Assembly: GCF_024502345.1 (NCBI RefSeq) | Contig: NZ_JALDNN010000001.1 | Source: Escherichia coli | GTDB lineage: Bacteria; Pseudomonadota; Gammaproteobacteria; Enterobacterales; Enterobacteriaceae | Direction: 5' to 3' (one strand) | DNA length: 64,000 nucleotides | Part shown: in pieces, positions 48,374 through 57,792 of the stretch | Position numbering within the stretch: position 1 is the stretch's first letter | How the letters are laid out: every line of letters starts with the position of its first letter | Notes under the pieces: model-generated | The model's input: the letters and a program-made list of their open reading frames with translations, nothing else | Databases searched by the model: none | Told to the model about the DNA's origin: nothing | Made by a program: the position numbers and the translations under genes

Positions 48374-49261
48374 ATGAATGAGCAAACACCGAATCCCAAT
48401 GCGACGAACGAAGGAATAAACGAACAAGCCGCGGTAAGCAGCCTTCCTGTCAGTCCAGAGTCCAAGCCTGAAGTCGTCACGGAGGTACAGCCTGAGGTTC
48501 AGAAAGAAACGGACTCGCAGGCGGCAGACAAACGTAAACAAGTCCTCGATGAGGCAGTCTCGGCCTTGTCGCTGACCAAATCAGCGCTGGCCGCACTTGA
48601 CGGCAAGGACACTGCACGCGCATTGGCAACGCTGGCCGAAGTGACGGGAAAGCTGGAGCTGATCGTCGCGCGCGAACCCACGCTCGCCCTGGCCGGCGTT
48701 GATGTGCGCACCATCGTGCACGACTTGTTCGCCAACACGGAAACCATTGAGGCGATGACCGACGAGGCGCTGGATGCCCTCAAACATGGCGAGGTGCAAC
48801 AGGCTCGCCACGTGCTGGCTTTGCTGGCCAGTGAAATCGTGATCACGGTCACCAACATCCCTTTGGCGTCCTATCCCGCAGCCGTGAAGGCAGTCGTGCC
48901 GCTGATCGATCAGGGCAAGATCGAAGAAGCCAAAGCCGCGCTGCAGTCAGCGCTCAGCACGCTGGTCGAGGAGCGCAGCGTGCTTCCGCTGCCCGTCCTG
49001 CGTGCGAAGCTGCTCCTGAAGCGCGCCGAGCCTCTGGTAGAAGATGGTCAGCGCAGCGAAGCATCCAATGAGCGCCTGGAGACATTGTTGAACGAAGCCC
49101 GGCAGCAGTTGGAAATGGCAGAACTGCTGGGCTATGGAAAAAGGAAGGACTTTGAGCCCCTGTACGCTGAACTCAAGAAAATCAAGGAAAAGACGGGAGG
49201 GGGAGGCTTCGGAAAAGGCTGGCTCGATGAAGTCAAGGCAAAACTGTCCAGGTTGTTCTGA
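48374..49261 (+). CDS. yfdX: YfdX-family protein paralogue (tLST YfdX2-like); no obvious signal peptide
   Basis: 295-aa ORF sharing C-terminal motifs with the preceding gene (…LPLPVLRA…AEKLAE…ILGYGKK.DF.P…KGW.DE.K..…LF). Confidence 0.6.
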   Translation: MNEQTPNPNATNEGINEQAAVSSLPVSPESKPEVVTEVQPEVQKETDSQAADKRKQVLDEAVSALSLTKSALAALDGKDTARALATLAEVTGKLELIVAREPTLALAGVDVRTIVHDLFANTETIEAMTDEALDALKHGEVQQARHVLALLASEIVITVTNIPLASYPAAVKAVVPLIDQGKIEEAKAALQSALSTLVEERSVLPLPVLRAKLLLKRAEPLVEDGQRSEASNERLETLLNEARQQLEMAELLGYGKRKDFEPLYAELKKIKEKTGGGGFGKGWLDEVKAKLSRLF

Positions 49262-49270
49262 AACCGCTGG

Positions 49271-49295
49271 AGAGGGGGCGCATAGTGCCCCCTCT
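49271..49295 (+). terminator. GC-rich hairpin downstream of yfdX2 (possible intrinsic terminator; U-tract not immediately adjacent)
   Basis: agagggggc-gcatagt-gccccctct perfect 9-bp stem, followed ~20 nt later by tttgattttttattttg. Confidence 0.35.
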
Positions 49296-49350
49296 CTTGT
49301 CCCATGAGTGTTTGATTTTTTATTTTGTATAGATCTTTAGGAGATATTGC

Positions 49351-49962
49351 ATGAACACAGACACCATCACCGATTCCAGTGCGGATGACCCCACCAAAGC
49401 ACTGTGTTCGCTTAGCCAAAATTGGTGGCTTTTTGTGCTGCGCGGTGTCTTGGCATTGATTTTTGCAGCCCTCGCGTTCTGGATGCCACAATCGGCTCTG
49501 TTGGCCATGACCATCATGTTCGGCGCATTTTCCTTGGTCAATGGCGCGTTCAACTTGTTTGCAGCGGTGCGCCATATCCAGAAAAAAGAGCGCTGGGGCT
49601 GGTTGTTGTTCAGCGGCATTGTCGGCATACTTACGGGCGTCGTCGTCCTGGTTGCTCCTTGGGTCGCCACGATAGTCTTGGCTTCTTTTTTATGGGCTAG
49701 CGTGGGCTTCTGGGCGATTTTCACCGGTGTGCTGGAGATATCTGCCGCCGTTCGGCTGCGTCGGGAAATCAAGGGTGAAATCTGGCTTGCCCTCAGTGGA
49801 CTGCTCTCGATTATCCTTGGTGCTATCGTCTTGTGGATATTTTTTACCCGTCCGGTCGAGTCATTCGTGGCCGCAGGCTGGCTGTTGGGTTTCCATGCGG
49901 CAGTCTATGGCGTCACGCTTTTGTTCTTGAGTTGGAGTCTTCGCAAAACGCGCCTGGGGTAA
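49351..49962 (+). CDS. hdeD: HdeD-family acid-resistance membrane protein
   Basis: 203-aa ORF with ~6 hydrophobic segments (…WWLFVLRGVLALIFAALAFWMPQSALLAMTIMFGAFSLVNGAFNLFAAV…); tLST order. Confidence 0.75.
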   Translation: MNTDTITDSSADDPTKALCSLSQNWWLFVLRGVLALIFAALAFWMPQSALLAMTIMFGAFSLVNGAFNLFAAVRHIQKKERWGWLLFSGIVGILTGVVVLVAPWVATIVLASFLWASVGFWAIFTGVLEISAAVRLRREIKGEIWLALSGLLSIILGAIVLWIFFTRPVESFVAAGWLLGFHAAVYGVTLLFLSWSLRKTRLG

Positions 49963-50041
49963 GAGCGTGCCAAACCAAAATCTATGGATATGAGCATCCT
50001 CGATTCATGCCTCCATAGAAATGACATCGAAGGAGTCATAC

Positions 50042-51187
50042 ATGCAGATACAATATAGCTATCGAGCTATCGACAAAGAGTTTCATGAACCTTGGCAGAG
50101 AGCTTTGGGAAATGTGATCGAGCACGCCCTCAAGCCATTGCTCGACAAACACACTAAAGATTCAGCGCGACTTCAAATCGTCCTTGATCGCGACAAGATC
50201 AAGCGGCAATTTCTGGCCAGTGGCTATATGCACCTGCCCGGCAAAAAGATTGTCAGCGTTACTGCATCACATGACGAGCTGACGCCCCTCGCGCAGATGC
50301 TCGCACAGTCGTTGTTCCGTCAGGCCAAGAAGCATTTTGACCGACTGCATGCTCAGGATCAAATCAAGCGCAAAGCACGACGCGAGCGCTTGCGCGAGCT
50401 CAAGGTGCGGATTGCCGCAAAACCCGCATCAGCCGCCCATGAGGCCGAGGTGACCCGAATGCCTCTACTGTCGAAACTTGAGGCTGTCGCAAGGCGTGAG
50501 CTGGCTTATCTGCGGGCCGTCGGCGATTTACCGCGCGATTATCCGACGCTGCGCGACGTGGTGGATGAAGCGATTGTCCGAGCTAAGGTGGAATGGCAAT
50601 CCGTGCCGGGGGAAAAAGAGGCTTACACCGGTCTTTTGAAGCATCTGTTCGCCGTCCTGGATAACGAAGTGGCAAGCAGCCGGCAATTTGGCGAATTCGT
50701 TTCTCTGGACGCGCCGGTCGAACCGGATGCCCAAGACGTGGCCGAGGCCATGGTGGAAGAGGAAATCTTCGAATTTTATCAGCACGATGACACACTCAAG
50801 CTGGCCGATATTTTCGCTGGCAGTCAGCATCCCGATGTCGCAACGATCGCGGAACAGGAGGAGCTGATTGATCGGTCGAGCGAGTTCGCTTTTGCATTTG
50901 ACCTGCTGAAGGACATGCCGCGTTTGTGGCGGCGCATTTTTCTGCTTATCCGTGTGGACGGGCTGAATGCCAGCAGCGTCTCTGAAATCCTGCTGATTCC
51001 TAGTAAGGAAGATGCTGTCCAAAGGTGGCTCATGCAGGCCGAAGCATTCATCGCTGCTCATCTGGAAGAGGCCGGAGTAAGCAAAAACGGGAACGATTGG
51101 CTCCAAGGCGTTGATTGGCCGGCATTGTCTGTGACCCGAAGCGAGGCAGCCTCACTGTGGTCCAAGGAGGCGAACCATGAAGAATGA
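50042..51187 (+). CDS. hypothetical protein (tLST orf11); C-terminal segment resembles sigma-70 region 4 HTH
   Basis: ORF 50021..51187; ATG at 50042 preceded by aggag; C-terminal LKDMPRLWRRIFLLIRVDGLNASSVSEILLIPSKEDAVQRWLMQAEAFIAAHL. Confidence 0.5.
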   Translation: MQIQYSYRAIDKEFHEPWQRALGNVIEHALKPLLDKHTKDSARLQIVLDRDKIKRQFLASGYMHLPGKKIVSVTASHDELTPLAQMLAQSLFRQAKKHFDRLHAQDQIKRKARRERLRELKVRIAAKPASAAHEAEVTRMPLLSKLEAVARRELAYLRAVGDLPRDYPTLRDVVDEAIVRAKVEWQSVPGEKEAYTGLLKHLFAVLDNEVASSRQFGEFVSLDAPVEPDAQDVAEAMVEEEIFEFYQHDDTLKLADIFAGSQHPDVATIAEQEELIDRSSEFAFAFDLLKDMPRLWRRIFLLIRVDGLNASSVSEILLIPSKEDAVQRWLMQAEAFIAAHLEEAGVSKNGNDWLQGVDWPALSVTRSEAASLWSKEANHEE

Positions 51188-51617
51188 TCTTCACCTCGTC
51201 TGCCCGCATTGCCAGTCCATCAACCGCGTACCGACTGCGAAGCTATCGGAACATCCCAACTGTGGCCGCTGCCAGCAGCCCTTGTTCACGGGCGAGCCCA
51301 TCGAGTTGACCACGGCGACGTTCTCGCGCCACGTGGAGCGCAGCGATCTGCCGCTGCTGGTCGATTTCTGGGCGCCATGGTGCGGGCCGTGCAAGATGAT
51401 GGCGCCACAGTTCCAGCAAGCGGCGCACCAGCTCGAACCGACGATCCGGCTGGCGAAGGTGAATACCGAGGCTGAGCCCCACCTGGCCGCGCAGTTCGGT
51501 ATCCGCAGCATCCCGACGCTCGCCCTGTTCCAGGGTGGGCGGGAGATCGCCCGTCAGGCCGGCGTGATGGGCGCGCAGGACATCGTGCGCTGGACGTCGA
51601 CGCAAGTGGGACGCTGA
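51177..51617 (+). CDS. thioredoxin with N-terminal zinc-finger extension (Trx2-like)
   Basis: 146-aa ORF: CPHCQSINRV...CGRCQQPLF zinc ribbon and active site WAPWCGPCKMMAP. Confidence 0.85.
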   Translation: MKNDLHLVCPHCQSINRVPTAKLSEHPNCGRCQQPLFTGEPIELTTATFSRHVERSDLPLLVDFWAPWCGPCKMMAPQFQQAAHQLEPTIRLAKVNTEAEPHLAAQFGIRSIPTLALFQGGREIARQAGVMGAQDIVRWTSTQVGR

Positions 51618-51620
51618 CCG

Positions 51621-53336
51621 ATGCAGGGCTTGCTCGGCACTACGCTAATCCTGCTGGCGGCTTGCAGCCTGGCGGCGATGGCGACGGCGGCGTTCAGAGT
51701 GCCCGCCTTGCTGGGGTATCTCTCTGTCGGCGTTGTACTGGGCCCCTCAGTCATCGGCGTGATCGCGCCGGGGGAGACGCTGAGCTTTCTGTCCGAGCTG
51801 GGCGTGGCGCTGCTGTTGTTCATGGTCGGACTGGAATTCTCCCTCGGAGACTTCTGGCTCGCCCGCAGGACGGTGCTGATGGCGGGCGCTCTGCAGATGA
51901 TCGCCGTGGCCCCGCCGCTGATCCTGCTATTGATGTGGCTGGGGCAGCCCGGCCAGAGCGCCGCGCTGCTCGGCACTGCGGCGGCCATGTCGTCCACGGC
52001 GCTGGTCAGCCGACAACTGGCCGACCAAGGCGAGCTCACCACCCGCCACGGACGCAGTGCCATCGCCGTGCTGGTCTTTCAGGACCTGGCCAGCGTGCCC
52101 CTGCTGGCCTTGCTGGCGATCTGGGCGCGCGGCGACTCGCCGAAGATCGAGCATGTGCTGCTCGAAGTATTCGGTGTGCTGCTGCTGTTCGCGGCAGCGG
52201 CCCTCGCCTCGCGCCGTCTGTTGCATGGCCTGCTGGGCTGGGTGGCGCGGCGGGGCCACGAGGAATCGTTCGTGCTCGTCTCCTTGTGCGTGGTGGTGGC
52301 CGCCGCCGCCGCTGCGCACGCGGTCGGCGTATCTGCCGCCCTGGGGGCCTTCCTCGCCGGGATGGTGCTGGGCGAGAGCGACTTCCGGCACCACATGGAA
52401 AGCCACCTCAGGCCGTTTCGCGATGTGTTGTCGGGCGTGTTCTTCGTGACCATCGGCCTGCAACTGGACGCAGCACAGATTCTTTCGGCACCGCTGGCGG
52501 TGCTGGCGTGGCTGGTGGTGCTGGTACCGGTCAAGATCCTGCTCAATACACTGGCCTTGCGGGCGACGCGCCTGTCCGCCCTCGATGCCTGGCGCACGGG
52601 CATAGCGTTGGGGCACGGCGGCGAGTTCGCCCTGCTGTTGTTGGGCACGGTCTTGCAGCAGCATCTGATCCCCGCGACCGTCGTCCAACCCATGCTGGTC
52701 GCGCTGGTGCTCAGCATGGCCCTGGCACCGCTACTGATCCGCCATCACGATGTACTTGCCCGGTTCTTGAGCCGCACCGGCGGCGTCATTCAGCCACCCC
52801 AGGCTGAAGAAGTCGAGATCGCCGCGCAGACGACGCGATATCGAGACCATGTCATCATTTGCGGCGCGGGCGAGCTTGGCCTGACAGTCAGCGAGATTCT
52901 TCGCCACGCCGGCGTGGCGCATCTGCTGCTGGAGGCGGACGCGCAGAAGGTCGAGGCCGCGCGTGCCGCCGGCGCGCCGGTGTTCCATGCCGATGCCAGT
53001 CGGCCCGATACCTTGCTGGCTGCCGGCTTGACGCATGCACACTTGGTGGTGCTGACGTTCGCCCATGCCCAGCAAGCGTTGCGCATCGCCCAGGCGATTG
53101 CCGAGCACCGTCCGGCGCTGACCTTGTGGGTGTCATGCAGAAGTACGACCGCGGCCGATGCATTTCGCGCCATGCCCAACGTGCGCGTGTATCAGCAATC
53201 CTTTGCCGCAGCTATTGGGCTGGCGGAACAGGTGATGTCGACGCTTGGCATGTCGACCGAGCTGATTGAAGGACACATCAGCGCAATGCGCCGCCGTCTC
53301 GACAGCAGCCGTTTTCCAGGGAGTTCATCGTCATGA
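51621..53336 (+). CDS. kefB: KefB-like monovalent cation:proton antiporter-2 (CPA2) with C-terminal TrkA-N/RCK domain
   Basis: 571-aa ORF; 12-13 TM segments then Rossmann-type VIICGAGELG... regulatory domain. Confidence 0.8.
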   Translation: MQGLLGTTLILLAACSLAAMATAAFRVPALLGYLSVGVVLGPSVIGVIAPGETLSFLSELGVALLLFMVGLEFSLGDFWLARRTVLMAGALQMIAVAPPLILLLMWLGQPGQSAALLGTAAAMSSTALVSRQLADQGELTTRHGRSAIAVLVFQDLASVPLLALLAIWARGDSPKIEHVLLEVFGVLLLFAAAALASRRLLHGLLGWVARRGHEESFVLVSLCVVVAAAAAAHAVGVSAALGAFLAGMVLGESDFRHHMESHLRPFRDVLSGVFFVTIGLQLDAAQILSAPLAVLAWLVVLVPVKILLNTLALRATRLSALDAWRTGIALGHGGEFALLLLGTVLQQHLIPATVVQPMLVALVLSMALAPLLIRHHDVLARFLSRTGGVIQPPQAEEVEIAAQTTRYRDHVIICGAGELGLTVSEILRHAGVAHLLLEADAQKVEAARAAGAPVFHADASRPDTLLAAGLTHAHLVVLTFAHAQQALRIAQAIAEHRPALTLWVSCRSTTAADAFRAMPNVRVYQQSFAAAIGLAEQVMSTLGMSTELIEGHISAMRRRLDSSRFPGSSSS

Positions 53337-53830
53337 AATCAACACGCCTTAACCCATTTCAGGTCTTACGTGACCAATTGGCCATCATGAGTTTTTACGA
53401 GCGCTTCGAGCAGGTCGTCGCGCTCGTGCTGTCGGCGGTGATCGCCGTCATCATCGTGGTGTCGCTGTTCCAGCTCATCTCCATCGTCTTCACGCTGCTG
53501 GTTCTAGATGCCTTCAATCCCCTGGACCACGAGGTATTCCAGAGCGTGTTCGGCATGATCATGACGCTCTTGATCGCGATGGAGTTCAAGCATTCCATCG
53601 TGCGCGTGGCGCTGCGTCGGGACAGCATCATCCAGGTCAAGACGGTGGTCCTGATCGCGCTGATCGCACTCTCCCGCAAGTTCGTGATCCTCGACTCCAA
53701 CGCGAGCCCCGCAAAGATAGCCGCGCTGGCTAGCGCCACGCTGGCTCTGGGTGCGACCTACTGGCTGCTGCGCAAGCGCGGCGACCGCGCCGCCGAGACC
53801 TCTGAGCATGACCCGTCATCATCCCAGTGA
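53333..53830 (+). CDS. psiE: PsiE-family inner-membrane protein
   Basis: 165-aa ORF, four hydrophobic segments; position in tLST order; overlaps upstream and downstream genes. Confidence 0.6.
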   Translation: MKSTRLNPFQVLRDQLAIMSFYERFEQVVALVLSAVIAVIIVVSLFQLISIVFTLLVLDAFNPLDHEVFQSVFGMIMTLLIAMEFKHSIVRVALRRDSIIQVKTVVLIALIALSRKFVILDSNASPAKIAALASATLALGATYWLLRKRGDRAAETSEHDPSSSQ

Positions 53831-54773
53831 TCCGCGCACGGCGCTCTTGCAACACCGCTGGCTCAACCGCCTGCAGACCGGGCTGTTGGTCCTGACCCTG
53901 GTCGGGATCGCAGCCGCAGCAGGGAGACTGCCGTTTGGGGAAGGCTGCCTGTGGCTCGCGCTGTTTGCCATTGCAGGTGCGTTGCTGCTGGAACCGGTAG
54001 CCGCGTCGGCGCTGAGCTTGCGCCTGTACCGCGTACGGGCCTTGCACCCGCAAGAAGCCCACAAGATGTGGGCCCTATTGCGCGAGCTGCCCGCCCGTGC
54101 CGGTTTGCCCGCCACGCCGGTGCCGCACTATGTGCCCAGTGCCGTCGTCAACGCCTTCGCCACCGGATCGAAGCAGGAGGCATCGATCGCCCTCACCGAT
54201 GGCCTGCTGCGCAGCCTGAGCCCACGCGAGCTGGCGGGTGTGCTCGTGCACGAGGTCGCGCACATCGCTAATGAGGATCTGCGTGTCATGGGGCTGGCGG
54301 ATTCCGACAGTCGCCTCACGAGCCTACTGGCCCTTATGGGACAGATCGCGATCCAGCTCAGCCTGCCCGCGCAGCTGGTTGGCGCGGCGGAGGTCTATTG
54401 GCCTGGTCTATTGTTATTGGCCGCATCGCCCCAGCTGGCCCTGCTCGCACAGCTCGGCTTGTCTCGCGTGCGTGAGTTCGACGCTGACCGCCTTGCGGCG
54501 GAACTGACTGGCGACCCGCAGGGGCTGGCGTCCGTGCTGGCAAAAATCGAGCGGGTCAGCCGCTCCTGGCGTGCCTGGCTATGGCCGGGATGGGGCAATC
54601 CCGAGCACTCCTGCTTGCGTACGCGTCCGGCAACGCAAGAGCGCATTGCACGCCTGCTGACGTTGGCGCCTGGGCCAGCATCAGCGTTGCCACTCCGCGC
54701 GCCCCATTTTTTGCCGGAATCCGCTTTGGCGACGCGCCCACCGAGCTGGCGCCCGAGCGGGCTGTGGCGCTGA
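53808..54773 (+). CDS. M48-family zinc metalloprotease (HtpX-like)
   Basis: ORF 53751..54773; start placed at MTRHHPSDPRTALLQHRWLNRL; HExxH motif VLVHEVAHIANEDL; N-terminal TM segments. Confidence 0.75.
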   Translation: MTRHHPSDPRTALLQHRWLNRLQTGLLVLTLVGIAAAAGRLPFGEGCLWLALFAIAGALLLEPVAASALSLRLYRVRALHPQEAHKMWALLRELPARAGLPATPVPHYVPSAVVNAFATGSKQEASIALTDGLLRSLSPRELAGVLVHEVAHIANEDLRVMGLADSDSRLTSLLALMGQIAIQLSLPAQLVGAAEVYWPGLLLLAASPQLALLAQLGLSRVREFDADRLAAELTGDPQGLASVLAKIERVSRSWRAWLWPGWGNPEHSCLRTRPATQERIARLLTLAPGPASALPLRAPHFLPESALATRPPSWRPSGLWR

Positions 54774-54797
54774 TTGCCCATCAACAGGAGACGTCTC

Positions 54798-55949
54798 ATG
54801 GCCTATCTCGACCCGTACCAACGCCCCGCGCCGGACCGCTTCGTCCGGCGCGGGCTCTTCATCACCGCCTGCATTGCCGCGCTCATGCTGCTGTGGCAGT
54901 TTCTGCCCGCCATCGAGGCATGGTTCAGTCCGCGCGAGGCAGCAGAACGCACCGTGATGGCGCGTGGCGATCTGGCGGCGGACGAGAAAACCACCATCGA
55001 ACTGTTCGAAAAATCGCGCGCCTCGGTGGTCTACATCACCACCGCGCAATTAGTACGCGATGTCTGGACGCGCAACGTGTTCTCCGTGCCGCGCGGCACT
55101 GGCTCGGGCTTCATCTGGGACGACGCCGGCCACGTCGTCACCAACTTCCACGTCATCCAGGGCGCGTCCGAAGCCACCGTCAAACTGGCCGACGGCCGCG
55201 ACTACCAGGCCGCGCTGGTGGGGATGAGCCCCGCGCACGACATCGCCGTGCTCAAGATCGGCGTCGGTTTCAAGCGCCCGCCGGCCGTGCCGGTCGGCAC
55301 CAGTGCCGACCTCAAGGTGGGTCAGAAGGTGTTCGCTATCGGCAACCCCTTCGGCCTGGACTGGACGCTCACCACAGGTATCGTCTCCGCGCTCGACCGC
55401 TCGTTGCCGGGAGAAGCGGGCGGCCCGGCCATCGATCACCTGATCCAGACCGACGCCGCCATCAACCCCGGCAATTCCGGTGGCCCGCTGCTCGATTCGG
55501 CTGGGCGGCTGATCGGAATCAATACCGCCATCTACAGTCCGTCTGGCGCCTCGGCCGGCATAGGCTTTGCGGTGCCGGTCGATACCGTCATGCGCGTGGT
55601 GCCGCAACTCATAAAGACCGGCAAGTACATCCGTCCGGCACTGGGCATCGAGGTGGATGAGCAGATCAACGCGCGTCTGCAGGCGCTGACCGGCAGTAAG
55701 GGCGTATTCGTATTGCGCGTGACGCCGGGCTCGGCGGCGCACAGGGCCGGGCTCGTCGGCGTCGAGGTCACCGCAGGCGGCATCGTGCCCGGCGATCGCG
55801 TTATCAGCATCGACGGTATCGCCGTCGACGACGTCACCACATTACAGGCCCGGCTAGACGACAAGAACGTTGGAGATGTTGTGGTCTTGTTAGTGGAGCG
55901 GGCCGGCAAGACTCGCGAGATGCTTGTGGAACTACAACCGGGAGTTTGA
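54798..55949 (+). CDS. degP: DegP/HtrA-family periplasmic serine protease with single PDZ domain
   Basis: ORF 54774..55949; start at MAYLDPYQRP after aggag; catalytic H (TNFHVI), D (DIAVLKI), S (GNSGGPLL); C-terminal PDZ. Confidence 0.85.
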   Translation: MAYLDPYQRPAPDRFVRRGLFITACIAALMLLWQFLPAIEAWFSPREAAERTVMARGDLAADEKTTIELFEKSRASVVYITTAQLVRDVWTRNVFSVPRGTGSGFIWDDAGHVVTNFHVIQGASEATVKLADGRDYQAALVGMSPAHDIAVLKIGVGFKRPPAVPVGTSADLKVGQKVFAIGNPFGLDWTLTTGIVSALDRSLPGEAGGPAIDHLIQTDAAINPGNSGGPLLDSAGRLIGINTAIYSPSGASAGIGFAVPVDTVMRVVPQLIKTGKYIRPALGIEVDEQINARLQALTGSKGVFVLRVTPGSAAHRAGLVGVEVTAGGIVPGDRVISIDGIAVDDVTTLQARLDDKNVGDVVVLLVERAGKTREMLVELQPGV

Positions 55950-56173
55950 TGGAAAGTGGGTCATGGATCTGCACAGCGAAGCAGCCAAGCGACTTCAGCC
56001 TTGCGCCGAACTACGAGCCCTAGCTAGGGATGGTCTGAAGTAGCCCTGTATTTCCGGCTGACTTCAGCCACTGCTGATTTTGAAAGCGGTGAACCGATCA
56101 AAAACGATCGGATCACCCGCTCATTTCGGTGCTTTCAGCCGTCGCGAGCACCTTGCGACGGCCATTTTCCGCA

Positions 56174-56770
56174 TTACAGGCGCACCTCTCCTGCGCTTGC
56201 CAGCAAATGTCGGCGGGCCATCCATAGGTTCGACAGGGCAAACAGCGTCACCAGTTGTGCAGTGTTCCTCACCAGCCCTCGGAAACGTACCTTGGTGTAG
56301 CCGAACTGCCGCTTGATCACGCGAAACGGGGGCTCTACCTTCGCTCGCACTTGCGCCTTGGCCTTCTCGATCTTGCGCTTGGCTTTGTACAGGGCGCTGC
56401 GTTTATCGAGCATCTTGTAGGTGCTGCGGCGTGCTGCGACCTGCCAGATCACTTCTCGGTCGGCATGCTCGGAGCGCTTTTCGACGCCGGTGTAGCCGGC
56501 ATCGGCGCAGACGACGTTCTCGTCGCCGTGCAGCAGCTTGTCGACCTGGGTGACATCCGCCACGGTGGCTGCCGTGCCCACCACGCTGTGTACCAGCCCC
56601 GATTCATCATCAACGCCGATGTGCGCCTTCATGCCAAAGTAATACTGGTTCCCCTTCTTGGTCTGGTGCATTTTCGGGTCGCGCTTGCCGTCCTGGTTCT
56701 TGGATGAACTGGGCGCGTGGATCAGCGTGGCATCGACGATAGTCCATCTTGATAATATCGGGCCGCTCAA
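56174..56770 (-). pseudogene. IS5-family transposase fragment (C-terminal ~190 aa; 5' part absent)
   Basis: ...DATLIHAPSSSKNQDGKRDPKMHQTKKGNQYYFGMKAHIGVDDESGLVHSVVGTAATVADVTQVDKLLHGDENVVCADAGYTGVEKR... DDE_Tnp_1-type motifs; no N-terminal domain upstream. Confidence 0.65.
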
Positions 56771-56911
56771 CGCTCGGGTACCAGGAGGTGACGGACCCGT
56801 ATACCAAAGAAAAATACTTTGAGTACGCCCATGACGGCAAACTGATGGGGCAGCTACTGATACCCTCGAACCCTGACAATCAGGAATAAAACAACGACAA
56901 AGGAGACAAGA

Positions 56912-57379
56912 ATGACAATACTTTCACTAAGTCGGTTTATGCTGGCGGGTGTACTGCTCGCGAGCTTTAATGCCTCTGCTATCCCGGGGTTCTGGCAGCA
57001 GGGTTACGGTCAGGGCAATACGGAATACAGCGTGACCGAAGCCAGCGGAAAGACGTTTACCATCAACTGCACAGGGAACCCGGACCAGAATGGTTTCTAT
57101 CAGCATTCAGTCTTTCTTACCCTTGCCGATGACAAGATGGTCAGTTCGCACGATGACGACACTACTATCACCGTAGTGATGGATCACCAGCAGTACATTA
57201 TTCCGTCCAGCCTGGGCTGGCGTAACGGCGATAACGCCTGGTTTGACTTCATCAGCAATATCTCTGAGGCCGGGCAGTTCGACGTCTACGTCAATGACCA
57301 CAAAGCAGGGACCTTCACTGCGGACCGGAAGAACACTGAGAAAGTTCTGTCCACTCTCGGAGACTGCAGCAACGACTGA
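56912..57379 (+). CDS. secreted hypothetical protein with signal peptide (YkfB/YfjT-like by size and context)
   Basis: 155-aa [26 protein letters not shown]... ; two Cys (CTGNP...DCSND); precedes DUF905/antirestriction cluster as in CP4-type prophages. Confidence 0.45.
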   Translation: MTILSLSRFMLAGVLLASFNASAIPGFWQQGYGQGNTEYSVTEASGKTFTINCTGNPDQNGFYQHSVFLTLADDKMVSSHDDDTTITVVMDHQQYIIPSSLGWRNGDNAWFDFISNISEAGQFDVYVNDHKAGTFTADRKNTEKVLSTLGDCSND

Positions 57380-57455
57380 TAGTAGTATCTTCCCCAGCAA
57401 ATCCACCCCGACAGCTAGCAGGCTGCCGGGGTTTTCTTTTATCAGGAGCCCGAAA

Positions 57456-57695
57456 ATGACCCAATCCGTGTTGCTGCCACCGGGGCCTTTCACCCGGAGA
57501 CAAGCGCAAGCGGTCACTACCACGTACAGCAATATCACACTCGAAGACGACCAGGGCAGTCACTTCCGTCTGGTGGTTCGTGATACTGAAGGCCGGATGG
57601 TCTGGCGGGCATGGAACTTTGAGCCGGATGCCGGTGAAGGTCTTAACCGCTATATCCGCACCTCAGGCATCCGTACAGACACGGCCACCCGCTGA
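57456..57695 (+). CDS. DUF905-family small protein (YkfF-like)
   Basis: ORF 57243..57695; start at [79 protein letters not shown]. Confidence 0.6.
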   Translation: MTQSVLLPPGPFTRRQAQAVTTTYSNITLEDDQGSHFRLVVRDTEGRMVWRAWNFEPDAGEGLNRYIRTSGIRTDTATR

Positions 57696-57792
57696 TCGCG
57701 AAGCATTTACCCGCATTCACCTCCCCGAACACACTTTATATCCCCATACGCCAGCCATCGCCGCTGGCGTTTTTATTGACGGAGACATACCC

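Larger units (their letters stand above)
40936..55949 (+). other. GC-rich genomic island with gene order of the transmissible locus of stress tolerance (tLST) / locus of heat resistance (LHR)
   Basis: 14 co-directional ORFs (HTH, sHsp20, ClpK, FtsH, sHsp, YfdX x2, HdeD, orf11, Trx, KefB, PsiE, M48 protease, DegP); abrupt GC-rich composition; IS debris on both sides. Confidence 0.8.
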
